DNA of 64,000 bases. It comes from Craspedostauros australis. Lineage: Eukaryota. The notes beneath the pieces were generated by a model. It saw only the letters and a list, made by a program, of their open reading frames with translations, had not been told where the DNA came from and did not search any database. This document shows, one piece after another, positions 29,262-40,129 of this stretch; the stretch's first letter is position 1; every line of letters begins with the position of its first letter. The stretch lies in the NCBI GenBank assembly GCA_030167865.1, contig JALAGF010004801.1:62001-126000 (forward strand), in the 5' to 3' direction. Position numbers and translations under genes: made by a program.

Positions 29262-32200
29262 ATGAGCACACCAGCCAGAGCATCGAAGCCATCCACGCCG
29301 GCAAAGACCCCCGGGTGGGGGGCCATGCTGTTTCCCTTCAGCACCGCCAAGAAGGAGCGACCGCAGCCATCGCCGCAGGAGAGAGAGATCGATCCCATCG
29401 CGACGCAGGATCGTCCAAGACGAAAGCCGGCATCCTCCACCCCGCATCCATCGGCAATCAACGGAGGTCGCAACGGAAGGCACCCGGGGAGGATCGACTT
29501 CGGAGCGGCAACGGCGCCATCGCCGCATCAGATCACCAGTCCGCTGGCCGGCGGAACCTCTGTCAGATTTGGAAGCGGGGGCAGCAACCGAAGCAACCGC
29601 AGCAGCCAGGGAGCCTCGTTCGACCTCTCTGCGACGATGAACCCTGGACCGTCGCCTGCGCCGCAAGGCTGGAGAAAGAGGGAAAACTCCGCTGTGGCCT
29701 TCAGCGACGACACGATGGGTGGCGACAACGACAGAAGCAACGCAACCGGCCTCGGCCCCAACAAGCGCGCCAAGCAGTCCAACGACAGCTTCAGATCGCC
29801 GTGGAAGTCTCAGGCTCGCAATCCCATGCAGTTCTCTCTGGGAGCCAAGCAACGATCCAGCCAGCGTGGGGCCCGACCGCGCCAAACCAGATCCACGCTG
29901 CAGGGTAGTGGCGTGGCAAAGCTCAAGTCGCGGCATTCCAAGTACAGAGCCAATTGCATGTTTTTGCAACGCGGGGCCCGTGCGGTGGATACGCCCCTCA
30001 ACGTTTCCAAGGCACTGCAGGCGCTGCAGCAGACTGGACCTCTCCTTTCGCGGAAGGTGCAACGCACGAATCAGACGAAGCAACAAATGACCGCGCTGCG
30101 TTTGCGGACAGGCGACAGGATCCTGGGGTCCAACCAGACTGGCGGTTCGCGGTTGCCACCGGCTCTTCCACCTTCGCAGCACCACAATCAGCACCAGCAA
30201 CAGCAACAATCGAGACTCACGCACAACAATGCAACCGCAGCTTCCTCGTCGACCATGATATCGTCCTCCTCCGTGCCAGTGGCAACAGACATCAACGGCG
30301 AAGCAAAACGCAAGTCAGCGGCGGGAGTCTCACGACAGCAGCAGCGGCAACCCAGCGCAAGATCGAGCGCCAATGGAGGAGGCGTGCGCATGGCACCGTC
30401 GGTCGGCTTCGCAACTAGACGCAACGAAACCATCATGGCGGTCGATAAGACACCAAAGACACGCCATCTTCCAGCTACAGGCACTCCCTACAGACCAGCA
30501 GGAGCCGACAGCACTTCCATCACGTCGCCCCGAACCATCGGCAGCCACAGCTCTCCATACAACAGCTCTGCATATTCGCAAAAGTCAGGGCAGAAATTCG
30601 CCCCACTCCCACCAGTGGAAAAGCGGATACTCCTCAGTGACGATGCCGTTGACGCACCGCAAGAAATGGGAGAGCTCGAAACTCTCTTCAATATCCGAAA
30701 GGGCATATTCCCACCCAACCCCATCCGCTTGGTTCGTCGTGCCCAGCAAGCCGAAAGCACAACGCATACGTTTGATGAAAACGAGTACGAGCAGATCGTC
30801 AGCGAGTCCAGACGCAAGGCGGAGAGCAACAAGTCATCCGAACCAACGTACAAGACCGCTGAATTTGGATTCGCACGAGCCGATCAGGGCGGTACGCAAG
30901 CACCCAAGCGAACGAGACGCAAAGACAGTCCCGCTCCGACCATGTGGAAATGCACCAAGGAAACGGATGGCGTCCCTTGCAACACAATGAATCCGGATGA
31001 CGAGTCTCGATGTGTCAAGTGCAAATCTGGCCGCCCGAAGCCGAAGGCTCCGCAGGGTTGGGGAAATCTATTCGCAGATATGTACGCAGGCAAATGGAGA
31101 TGCGATGCGTGCGGTGTCCACAATGATGACAACTTGGACAAGTGTGCATCGTGTGAGACGCCCAGGGCCACCGGGGAAAGTCCCAGCAAGGCATCTGGCA
31201 AGAAAGCCGGGGGTGGCGCGTCCAAACCATCGCAGAAGCCTGCGGCAGCAGCGCCAGGTTCCATTGGATCGGGCGGGTTCAGCTTTGGAGGTGCTAGCTC
31301 AAGCACCAGCAAGGCAGCCTTCAGCTTCGGTCGACCACCAGCCGCTGCATCGTCGTCATCTTCTCCTGCACCAGCGAAGACAGGTGGATTCACCTTTGGT
31401 GGAGCAGCGACGGCACCGTCTTCGAAATCGCCAACCACCCAGCCTGCAGATTCGTCATTCCAGTTCTCCTTTGGTTCCTCCTCATCGAAGACGGAAGCAC
31501 AGTCTATTGCAGGGTTCACTTTCAGCGCAGCACGCAAAACGGACAATGGCGACAAGGCGAAGCCAACGCCAGCCATCCAGTTCGGATCTTCTGCACCCAG
31601 CGCGAAGTCGCCGGCAGTGGCAACGGAAACAACCAAGCCAGCCTTCACGTTTGGCGCCACGAAGCCGGCAGGAGGAAATGCAGCAACACCGAAAGACAGC
31701 CCAGCCAAAATATCCGGGTTTAACTTTGGAGGCACAGCCGCATCCAGCGATGCAGCAATACCGAAAGACAGCTCAGCCAAAACATCCGGGTTCAGCTTTG
31801 GAGGCACAGCCGCATCCAGCGATGCAGCAAAGAAGACGCCAGCCATCCAGTTCGGTGGAGGCACAAAGACGCCTCCTGTTCCTGCTCCAACAGAGGGCCT
31901 CGCGACGCAGAAATCGAAGCGATCCCGTGATGACAGCGGAGGTGCGAACGGTGGTAGCAGTAGCGCCACTTCTGCGCCTGCAACAGGCTTTTCGTTTGGA
32001 TCCGCGATTCAGAAGCCTGCGACTGACGACAAGGCACAAGCCAAGACTTCTGCACCAACATTCTCGTTTGGATCAGCACCATCGAGCAGCCAAATTTCAG
32101 CACCGGCTCCAGCGCCAACACCAACACCGAAGTTCAGTTTCGGTGCAAGCGGCGACAAAGCGTCCACGACAACGCCGTCGTCGTCCTCCTCCTCGAGGGT

Positions 32201-33218
32201 CGTGCCCGCGGCAAAGATTGCTTTCGGAAGCGTTGCAAGCGCAGACTCCGGTGCAAGCGGCCAAGATGCGAGCGACAATTCCAAGAGACGGAAATCAGGT
32301 GCTGGCATGGCTGCATTGGGGGCAGCGGCATCATCAGCGCAGACCTCAATGGCTCCTGTTGCGCCTGTGCCGGCGTCAACACCTGGATTTTCATTCGGCG
32401 GCTCGCTGCCAGCACCTCCAGCTCCGGCGCCTGCCACAACCAACGGAACTCCGGCTTTCAGCTTTGGTTCTGCTGCTCCGCCAGCAGCAGCACCTGGAAC
32501 GGGGATGTTCGGCGCTCCCACTCCCGCCCCCAGCACAGATGGTGCCTCCAAGCCAGCCTTCTCCTTTGGGTCGACACCTGCACCGGCACCAGTCGCTCCT
32601 GCAGGAAGTGGCTTCTCTTTCGGCAGCGCTCCAACGCCAGCTGCTCCTGCGGCGCCTGCATTTGGGTCATCGACATCTTCGGGGTCCATGTTCGGTGCAC
32701 CTGCACCAGCTCCGGCCTTCGGTAGTGCCGCGACACCAGCGGCGAATCCAACAAGCATGTTTGGTTCCGCCCCCGCCGTGACGCCAGCAGCGACTGGTAC
32801 TCCAGCATTCACGTTCGGAGCGTCGACGCCCGCTCCTCCAGCCACGACCCCAGGAGCCTTCGGTGCTTCGGCATCAGCTGCCGGAACGCCATTCGGGGGA
32901 CAGACACCCATGCCCTCCACACCCGGGTTTGGAGGTGGATTTGGAGCCCCCGCAGCGCCAACTCCCGGGACGACTTCTGGATTTGGAGGTGGGTTCGGAG
33001 CACCGGCAGCGCCAGCGGCAGGAGGTTTCGGACAGCCCGCGCCGGGTGGTGGTTTCGGGGCTGCACCCGCGGGAGGCACCAGCTTTGGCACTCCTGCAGC
33101 ACCGCCAGCAAACGGCGGGGCAATGTTCAGTGTGGGCTCCGGAGTCAGAACTCGACGAACGCCTGCCAGCGGCGGTCGCCGCGTCATTCGGGCCAAGCGT
33201 CCCGGGCGCACTGGGTAG
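29262..33218 (+). CDS. FG-nucleoporin of the nuclear basket (Nup153/Nup1-like) with two RanBP2-type zinc fingers, 1318 aa
   Basis: WKCTK...C...N......CVKC...P and WRCDACGVHNDDNLDKCASCETPR zinc fingers. Many FSFG/FTFG repeats and PAFG/GFG repeats. Basic C-terminal tail RRVIRAKRPGR as in Nup153/Nup1. Confidence 0.85.
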   Translation: MSTPARASKPSTPAKTPGWGAMLFPFSTAKKERPQPSPQEREIDPIATQDRPRRKPASSTPHPSAINGGRNGRHPGRIDFGAATAPSPHQITSPLAGGTSVRFGSGGSNRSNRSSQGASFDLSATMNPGPSPAPQGWRKRENSAVAFSDDTMGGDNDRSNATGLGPNKRAKQSNDSFRSPWKSQARNPMQFSLGAKQRSSQRGARPRQTRSTLQGSGVAKLKSRHSKYRANCMFLQRGARAVDTPLNVSKALQALQQTGPLLSRKVQRTNQTKQQMTALRLRTGDRILGSNQTGGSRLPPALPPSQHHNQHQQQQQSRLTHNNATAASSSTMISSSSVPVATDINGEAKRKSAAGVSRQQQRQPSARSSANGGGVRMAPSVGFATRRNETIMAVDKTPKTRHLPATGTPYRPAGADSTSITSPRTIGSHSSPYNSSAYSQKSGQKFAPLPPVEKRILLSDDAVDAPQEMGELETLFNIRKGIFPPNPIRLVRRAQQAESTTHTFDENEYEQIVSESRRKAESNKSSEPTYKTAEFGFARADQGGTQAPKRTRRKDSPAPTMWKCTKETDGVPCNTMNPDDESRCVKCKSGRPKPKAPQGWGNLFADMYAGKWRCDACGVHNDDNLDKCASCETPRATGESPSKASGKKAGGGASKPSQKPAAAAPGSIGSGGFSFGGASSSTSKAAFSFGRPPAAASSSSSPAPAKTGGFTFGGAATAPSSKSPTTQPADSSFQFSFGSSSSKTEAQSIAGFTFSAARKTDNGDKAKPTPAIQFGSSAPSAKSPAVATETTKPAFTFGATKPAGGNAATPKDSPAKISGFNFGGTAASSDAAIPKDSSAKTSGFSFGGTAASSDAAKKTPAIQFGGGTKTPPVPAPTEGLATQKSKRSRDDSGGANGGSSSATSAPATGFSFGSAIQKPATDDKAQAKTSAPTFSFGSAPSSSQISAPAPAPTPTPKFSFGASGDKASTTTPSSSSSSRVVPAAKIAFGSVASADSGASGQDASDNSKRRKSGAGMAALGAAASSAQTSMAPVAPVPASTPGFSFGGSLPAPPAPAPATTNGTPAFSFGSAAPPAAAPGTGMFGAPTPAPSTDGASKPAFSFGSTPAPAPVAPAGSGFSFGSAPTPAAPAAPAFGSSTSSGSMFGAPAPAPAFGSAATPAANPTSMFGSAPAVTPAATGTPAFTFGASTPAPPATTPGAFGASASAAGTPFGGQTPMPSTPGFGGGFGAPAAPTPGTTSGFGGGFGAPAAPAAGGFGQPAPGGGFGAAPAGGTSFGTPAAPPANGGAMFSVGSGVRTRRTPASGGRRVIRAKRPGRTG

Positions 33219-33549
33219 GCATGGCCATGTACTCCGCACGGCATGTTCGCGCGGGTGCAGTGCACGAGTCTGATCGTTGACGCAACTGCCTTGGGCTGGC
33301 GACTGCATTCGATCAATCATTCAATCAATAGCAAAATTCTAACAACGAGAACATAGACACATGTTTCATTCGGAGTTGTTTGTTGGACAAGAATTCTCCA
33401 GAGAGCTTTGTAGTGACGCTGGAAGAGCATATAGTAGTGATTTAACTTGATGTACTACTCTACCATCGTTGTTGTTGGTTGAGTGTTGCTTGTCTGTCTG
33501 TCTGTTTTGTTTTACATAGTGCTTGTTTGAAAGTGAATACTACGACCGC

Positions 33550-36000
33550 TCACTGCTGAACCGCGAGTTTCATGAGATGCTCCATGAAGACGCGCAGGGA
33601 GACATCGTCGGTGTTGACCTGCGTGCCGGTGACGCCATCGAGGTTGCTGTTGTGCGTGGTGCTGGGGTTGAGCTTGGCCATGAGGAAACGCGCCTCGGAC
33701 TTGTGCTGATCGCAGACGATGTAACGCGGGACGGGGAACCTGGCATCCATGATGAGCTGGGCGTCGGATTGCGGTGCCTCGAGGAGGGAACGGAAGGCCG
33801 CGTGCTCCTCCTGTTCGTGGTATCCCTGCTCGCGCCATGCCGCGATGGTCTCGCCGTGGAAGACGACGACGTGGAAGAATGTGTCGAGGAGGAGGATGGT
33901 GTCCGCGCGGACGCTTTCGGAATCGAGCAAGGCGGCCTGCGGCGGTCCGTTGAAGGAGTAGGAGAGCAGGGTGGGTTGGATCATGACGAGCGAGTTGGTC
34001 GTGTTTTCGCGCGAGAGGATGTAGCGGTAGTAGATGGCCTCGTCTGGACTGGAGTTGAAGAGCTGGAGGAATTGGGATCGACGCAGGTGGAACATGAACT
34101 GTGGGTAGAGGGAGAACTCGGGTGGGAGTCGGAAGGAGTTTGGATCGTCGACGTTGTACTCGGCGAATTTCGCGCAGAGACGGATGAGGGATCGATCGAG
34201 CCATCGCAGGATGTCGGCGACGTCGTCGTTGTGCGATTGCTGCACGGCCATGCGGGCGGCGAGCACCGCGGCCGCCTCCTGGTCAAAGGAGGCCCGGACC
34301 GGGCTGTGCATCATGCCAGCATTGGAAGGGCCGCCGTCCTTGGGACCAGCGGGAGGGTTGTGCCACGGACCGCAGAGCGTGGTGGCGCGCAGCCTGGTGC
34401 GTCCCGAGGAATGCTGGTACTTGGTGAGGAATTGGATGTAACGTCTCTTGCCTTCCGGCAAGGGCGTGTTGCCTGGGTTGGTGACGTCGAAGTAGATGGC
34501 GATGGTGGTGTTTGGGTCCGCACCGCCCAATCCCCAGGCGCTGGTGCCTCCGGTGCCGATCTCCATGTCGCTGACGTTGGGGCCGCGCTTGTTGAGGGAG
34601 GTGACGGGTCCGATGGCACCGGAGACCTTGAATTCTCTGGAGCAGAAGACCTCGAGGGAGGTGCCGAAGACCATGGACATCTTGCCGGTGTTTGGGTCCT
34701 GCGGATTCTGCGGGTCCTCGGGGTAACGGTTGAAGACGCGACGCAGGGACTCCTTGAAGACGGACTGTCCGAATGAGTCACCGAGCACCATGAGACCGCC
34801 TGTGGCCTGCACGAGGTTTGACATCTCGAGCAATCCGACCTGATCCAGGGAGCAGGCGAAGATGTCGACGACGTGGTAGGCAGCGGTGTGCTGTTGCTGC
34901 TTGGCCGACTTGGCGGGCTTCTTTTTGGTATTGGCGGCGTTTGCGTTGGCGCCCGGAGTCGCGAGGCTGGTGTAGTAGTCGCAGGCCGGCTGATGCAGCG
35001 GTTCCGCCTTCTTGGCGAGATCCGCGTGGGAGCGCATGTCGTCCTCCTTGAGACGCGAGACGACGGCGCCCGGTCCGGATGTGCAGGGACCGCCCGTGAA
35101 GAGCATGATGCGCGCACCGCGGCGCGGGATGGCCATGTGGAGCAGGGAGGTGGCGACGGAGAGGGCGCAGCCGGTGGCGCGGGCGGGCCGCTTGTCGTTG
35201 GAGCAGGGCCACGGGTCCTTGCGCAGGTCCTCGAGGATGCTCTCGACCACGAAGGAGCAGTCCGCCACCGGCAGGAGGAAGCGCTCCAGGACTTCCTGGG
35301 CTGGGCCTGGTGGTCCCTGCTGTTGTTGCTGCTGCTGCTGTTGTTGTTGCTGTTGCTGCATGGCACGCGGCGAACACCCCAGGAGCTCACCGACCTTGGC
35401 AGGCGCGTACTCCTTGTTGCCGCGCAGTATGAAGGCCTTGGAGATGGACTCGCTGGCCAGTTCGTAGACGCTGACGTTGGTGCCGAAGGTGATGAGGCCA
35501 ACCAGCGCATCCGGCGGCATGAGGTTGAGGGCCTGCGTGAGGGAGTCCGCCAGCTCGCTGAGCTCCTCCTTGGCCCCGGAGCAGGTGTCGATGACGAAGA
35601 GGAAGCAGGGCGGGCCCTGGTCCGGCACGGTCTGCAGCTCGTACTCGATGGTGGTGTACTGCGAGATGAGCTCCGCCGGCAGGTTGGTCTCCGAGATGGC
35701 GTCCGCGTAGTGCGGCGGGAAGTGGTTGCGCGTGAGGCAGAACGGACACGTCCACAGCTTGGAGAGGAAGTCCACCTGGCAGTACGCGTTCAGCACGGCG
35801 TGGCAGTTGGCGGAGGCGCAGCGCACGGGGTCGTACGGCAGCGTGGGAGCGGACGGCAGCTGCTTCAGCGGAGTGTACAAGGCTCCGATGGGCGCGACGC
35901 ATCGCGTGGCCTCCAACCGCGACGATGGCCAGCAGTGGAAGCTCAGCCGGGTGCCGGAGAGCTCCTCCAGCGCTGCGACGTCCCATGATCCTTCTTGCAT
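33550..36000 (-). CDS. SEC23: COPII coat protein Sec23, 816 aa, single exon
   Basis: Zinc finger C...[11 protein letters not shown]....WTCPFC..RNHFP, FVIDT trunk domain, [45 protein letters not shown], and terminal [18 protein letters not shown]. Confidence 0.96.
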   Translation of the reverse strand: MQEGSWDVAALEELSGTRLSFHCWPSSRLEATRCVAPIGALYTPLKQLPSAPTLPYDPVRCASANCHAVLNAYCQVDFLSKLWTCPFCLTRNHFPPHYADAISETNLPAELISQYTTIEYELQTVPDQGPPCFLFVIDTCSGAKEELSELADSLTQALNLMPPDALVGLITFGTNVSVYELASESISKAFILRGNKEYAPAKVGELLGCSPRAMQQQQQQQQQQQQQQGPPGPAQEVLERFLLPVADCSFVVESILEDLRKDPWPCSNDKRPARATGCALSVATSLLHMAIPRRGARIMLFTGGPCTSGPGAVVSRLKEDDMRSHADLAKKAEPLHQPACDYYTSLATPGANANAANTKKKPAKSAKQQQHTAAYHVVDIFACSLDQVGLLEMSNLVQATGGLMVLGDSFGQSVFKESLRRVFNRYPEDPQNPQDPNTGKMSMVFGTSLEVFCSREFKVSGAIGPVTSLNKRGPNVSDMEIGTGGTSAWGLGGADPNTTIAIYFDVTNPGNTPLPEGKRRYIQFLTKYQHSSGRTRLRATTLCGPWHNPPAGPKDGGPSNAGMMHSPVRASFDQEAAAVLAARMAVQQSHNDDVADILRWLDRSLIRLCAKFAEYNVDDPNSFRLPPEFSLYPQFMFHLRRSQFLQLFNSSPDEAIYYRYILSRENTTNSLVMIQPTLLSYSFNGPPQAALLDSESVRADTILLLDTFFHVVVFHGETIAAWREQGYHEQEEHAAFRSLLEAPQSDAQLIMDARFPVPRYIVCDQHKSEARFLMAKLNPSTTHNSNLDGVTGTQVNTDDVSLRVFMEHLMKLAVQQ

Positions 36001-36351
36001 TGTTGCTACTTGTTTGTTTGTTGCTAGTGGTTGGTTGGTTGCTACTTGCTACTTGCTAGTGGTATTGTCAGTGGTAGTCGTATTGTCTATGCTACTGCTA
36101 CCACTAGTTTCGTCGGAGGGTCTTTATGGTGCGAAGTCTTGTCTTTTGTGACTCTTCTTGGCGCAAATTCGCTTTCTTGCTCTGTTTCTTGCTCTGTCTC
36201 TTGCTTCTGCTTGTTGCGTTGATGACAATGATGACAAATGACAACGATGATGATGATCAACCCTGTCTTGTTTCACGTCTGGTCTTCCTCGTTGGTGATG
36301 GAGTGTGTGGGACTTGTGCACGACAGCGAGTTGCCTTCTCTTCTTCTATTG

Positions 36352-36386
36352 TCCTGTCTTGTCTTGTCTTGTCTTGCCTTGTCTTG
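36352..36386 (+). repeat. Microsatellite (GTCTT)n
   Basis: Directly visible in the Sec23 upstream region. Confidence 0.8.
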
Positions 36387-36746
36387 TGGAGTCGGGTAGT
36401 GGAGGGAGCGGTTGTGGTGTCTCTCTCTCTCTCTCTCGCTTGGTGGATCTGCAATGCTGCGTTGCGACCCACGATCTGCACCCACTCCCAATTCATCCAA
36501 GTGGCCGTTGGCTCAACAGATTTGCCCATCGGAGGATCCACCGCCATGATCATTGTCGCACACGCGTCGACAACGCAGTGTGCGTTGAGTCTGATGTCGG
36601 TCGCATGCCAGACGCCCATGGTCATTGACGATGACCCACACGACAAAAAATGTGAACGCTCACAAATCGAACCCAATTCGATGTTGCTCGTCTTCCTTCC
36701 ATCACAAAGAACACCTCACATCACAACGCACACGCAGAAAGCAATC

Positions 36747-37310
36747 ATGATACGATCGTCGCTGCGCCTCACAGCGCTGCTGTCGCTCTGTCTCGTGACA
36801 CCGGCGCGCGCATTCGCGGCATGGTTGAAGTGCTACGTCGAGCTGGACGTGGAGGAAGTCATCATGAATCAGTACATCGTCCCATTCCAGGATGTTGAGG
36901 AGACCATGCTGTGGCAGATACGCTTCGATGCCGACGACGCGTGGCGAACGGTGACGGCGGATACAGCCGTGCCCATCGACTCGTACCCCACCGCGTTGCA
37001 GATACGCTTGCAGTTGGCCGATGCCAGCGTGGATCTGCAGTACGTTGCGGATATTCTCGGATCGCCGACGGCGCAATTCGCACATGGGATGTGTGACGAC
37101 AAGAGGCGTGCGGTGGGCAGGAACCGGGCAGGCGTGGATGTGCTGCTGCGGAGTCCCACGAGGATACTGGCAGGTTGGGCGGTGGGCCATGAAGCTGTCA
37201 AATTGACGTCCGTTCTCAGTTTGGGCGATGATGATGATAATACTGATGATGATGATGGTGACGATGATGGCGACGAAGAAGAACAGGAGAAGGAGGAACA
37301 AGATCTGTAG
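36747..37310 (+). CDS. Small secreted/ER-luminal beta-rich protein (Reeler-like fold suspected) with acidic tail and EQDL terminus, ~187 aa
   Basis: Signal peptide MIRSSLRLTALLSLCLVTPARA, one Cys pair, motif ILAGWAVGHEAVKLT, and a poly-Asp/Glu tail ending EEQDL-stop (KDEL-like). Confidence 0.7.
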   Translation: MIRSSLRLTALLSLCLVTPARAFAAWLKCYVELDVEEVIMNQYIVPFQDVEETMLWQIRFDADDAWRTVTADTAVPIDSYPTALQIRLQLADASVDLQYVADILGSPTAQFAHGMCDDKRRAVGRNRAGVDVLLRSPTRILAGWAVGHEAVKLTSVLSLGDDDDNTDDDDGDDDGDEEEQEKEEQDL

Positions 37311-38500
37311 CGGGGTAAACTTGGAAATTACAATACCAAGTTTGCTCTTGTGTACAACATGGTTCGGCTGTGCACTGTTTGCGATCTGTGCAGTCAGTGC
37401 GATTCTGCTCTGGGCTCCTTTGCTCCTGCGATTGGTTCGTGCACGCAATGTTCGGAATGTGGTAGAGCACATAGACCTGGTGAATAGTCCATCTGCAGTT
37501 CCGTCAATCGTAATCACGGCACGGTGCAAAATCCTGAATTTCTTCATGAACAATTCTGTTGCTGATCATGTGAATCCTTTCAAACTGCAGTACGTCCTTG
37601 GACTGCTTGGGATCTCAAACAACGTCGCATCCGCTGAACACACAGAGAGAGCTTGCGACGAAACGGATGAAGTGAAGCGCATATCGATGGGGCGCATTCT
37701 CTCTGTAGTCACCATCTCGTTCCTCTCAGTGTCCCCCCTTCTGCAATCGGCAACCGTAACAGTGATCGCAGTTCCAACAAATATTTCATCGTCCCACCTC
37801 CAATACTGCTGATCCACAACCTTCTCTACCGAACCGGTGCATGGTACTAGTGCATATAAAAATCTTTCCACCAAGTACTTATTTCGCTGAACTCATTCCG
37901 TATTATCCTCTCCCGGGTGAAGCAGAGCACTCTAGTCTGCTACTGTCTATATACGTCACATCTAGAGAGTCCGACTGTTCCGTGTTGAAATTGTTCGTGA
38001 TTGGATCTTGCAACGAACAGCAGAATGGACCGTCTGTATCCACGGTCCTATTTGTATTAACGATCATATCTCTTCAACGATCCAATGACCTTCACGGTCA
38101 TCCGCGAAAACACAATCAATATGCACCAACACGGACAAGCTAATAACGCACGTCACGACGCAACATAGTGACGTAGAAGACGGATCGTGGACATCAAGCA
38201 TGAAATAGACATGAATACGCAATCGCCGATGCTCCCAACGGCTATCAAAACGGAGCAAACCACCAACCAAAAGGAGCAAAAACTCAACGAGTCATGCCAC
38301 CGTTGATGCATCGGATGCCACTTGAACCATCGTACCTACCTGCTCACAAAAATGCACACTTCTCTCAAGAGAGCATTGTGCCAGTAACTGTGCTTCGCTA
38401 TTCTGTGTTGGAAGGGGGAACAAGCATTGTGCTGCATTGGACCTTTGCTGCGTGCGTATCCAAGCAAGAGAGCTCACCCTGTCTGCAGGCGTGAGAGCAC

Positions 38501-40129
38501 ATGCCCGAGACCAAGTCGAACATACCGACAGAAGGAGACGCAGGAGTCATGACGAGAGATGACCACATCCACCATCGAGTATCGGCACCATCTGCGGCCG
38601 ATCTGGAGGACGTCCCGTCGTCCAACGCGATCGAGTTGACGAGGTTGCCGAATGGACAGCATTCGCAGCAGCACGGACACAATGGACACAGTGGACACAA
38701 TGGACTCGATCATGAAGTAGCGGACAATGACAAGGGAGAAGAGAATCTGCACGAGAAGCTTCTGTCGCCGAACAGCGCCCTTGGCATCGATTTGGACGAC
38801 GACGATGATGACAATAACAACGGCAAGTCGCATGACGACAGCCACCGCCACCATCAGCACAAGGAGGACGGGCACGGCAGCCTCCCGCCAGGCAGCGCAT
38901 CGACGACGCAGCTCATCATCAACATCGTCATCAGCTTCATTGGGGCGGGCATCTTGGGGATACCGTACGCGATGCGACAGGCCGGATGGCTGCTGGGATC
39001 CATCACTCTGCTCGTCATTTCCGCTCTCAATCTATACGCCATGCTGCTGCTGCCGCAAATCAAGGCCGCGATCATGTCCGGAAGGGGCACCGTCGATGCC
39101 CAAGTCGTCCACACCTACGGTGACGTCGGCAGGTGTTTGCTGGGACCCAGAGGAGAGACCTTCGTCAATGTCTGCCTAGGCATCTCGCAGGCCGGATTCG
39201 CGACGGCCTACGTCATCTTCATCGCTGCCAACATACACAAAATCTGTGGCCTGCCGCGCAGCGTGGTCTGCGCGGCCTGCATACCGGGCTTGGCCGGTCT
39301 CGTCCAGTTCCGTTCCATGACGCAGCTGGCGCCGTTCTCATTGCTGGCCAACGTTTCCAATTTTCTGGCGCTCTCGGCGGTGCTCTTCCATGACTTCGAA
39401 GCTTACGAACCGCACAACGACACCATACACCCCGTCAAGTGGAAGGGATTCATCTACGTTGTCGCTGTCACGCTCTACAGTATGGAAGGTATCGGCCTCA
39501 TCCTCTCTCTTCAATCCTCGGCAGCCAACCAATCCAAATTCAACCCCACGCTCACCAGCGTCATCACCTGCATATCCATCTTCATGGCCTTCTTCGGCAC
39601 CATGGGATACTGGGCCTTCGGCGACCAGACCGAGGCGCCCATCACCGGCAACCTCACCGGCCACTGGTCCTCCACCGTTGTCAAGCTGGCGCTCTCCCTC
39701 GGACTCTACCTCACCTACCCCATCATGATGTTCCCCATCTGGTCCATCAGCGAGACCATCTATCCGGTTCTGTCCGAAAGCACCTCCCTGCGCATCGCCT
39801 TCCGTGGCCTCCTCGTCCTTATGTCCGTCTGCGTCGCGTGGCTCGTGCCCAACTTCGGAGAGTTCCTGTCCTTGGTCGGTTCCTCCATCTGCAACGTCCT
39901 CGGATTCATCCTGCCCTGCTACTTCCACCTGCGCGTCTTTGGCAAGGAGGTCACGTACACGCAGGCTGCGTTGGATTACTTCCTCATGATCGGCGGCGTC
40001 CTCTTCGGCATCGTCGGCACGTACAACAGCTTCATGGCCATGCTGCATCCCGAGGAGTTGCATGTGGATATCGTGGCGAACATTACGGATGCGGAAGATG
40101 CCTCCAATTCCACGGGCTTGCGGTGGTGA
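38501..40129 (+). CDS. Amino-acid transporter, AAAP/SLC36-like (Aa_trans), 542 aa
   Basis: NIVISFIGAGILGIPYAMRQAGWLLG, TYGDVG, YSMEGIGLILSL, FGTMGYWAFGDQT, VPNFGEFLSLVGS, and about 11 hydrophobic segments. Confidence 0.93.
   Translation: MPETKSNIPTEGDAGVMTRDDHIHHRVSAPSAADLEDVPSSNAIELTRLPNGQHSQQHGHNGHSGHNGLDHEVADNDKGEENLHEKLLSPNSALGIDLDDDDDDNNNGKSHDDSHRHHQHKEDGHGSLPPGSASTTQLIINIVISFIGAGILGIPYAMRQAGWLLGSITLLVISALNLYAMLLLPQIKAAIMSGRGTVDAQVVHTYGDVGRCLLGPRGETFVNVCLGISQAGFATAYVIFIAANIHKICGLPRSVVCAACIPGLAGLVQFRSMTQLAPFSLLANVSNFLALSAVLFHDFEAYEPHNDTIHPVKWKGFIYVVAVTLYSMEGIGLILSLQSSAANQSKFNPTLTSVITCISIFMAFFGTMGYWAFGDQTEAPITGNLTGHWSSTVVKLALSLGLYLTYPIMMFPIWSISETIYPVLSESTSLRIAFRGLLVLMSVCVAWLVPNFGEFLSLVGSSICNVLGFILPCYFHLRVFGKEVTYTQAALDYFLMIGGVLFGIVGTYNSFMAMLHPEELHVDIVANITDAEDASNSTGLRW

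Noticed and set aside
30884-33316. Ala/Gly/Pro-rich minus-strand ORFs and the 30997..32781 alternative frame
   Set aside because: Mirror or shifted frames of the FG-nucleoporin repeats.
37566-37568. In-frame TGA as a possible selenocysteine codon
   Set aside because: No CxxU/UxxC context, no recognisable selenoprotein fold, and the downstream frame runs antisense into another gene.
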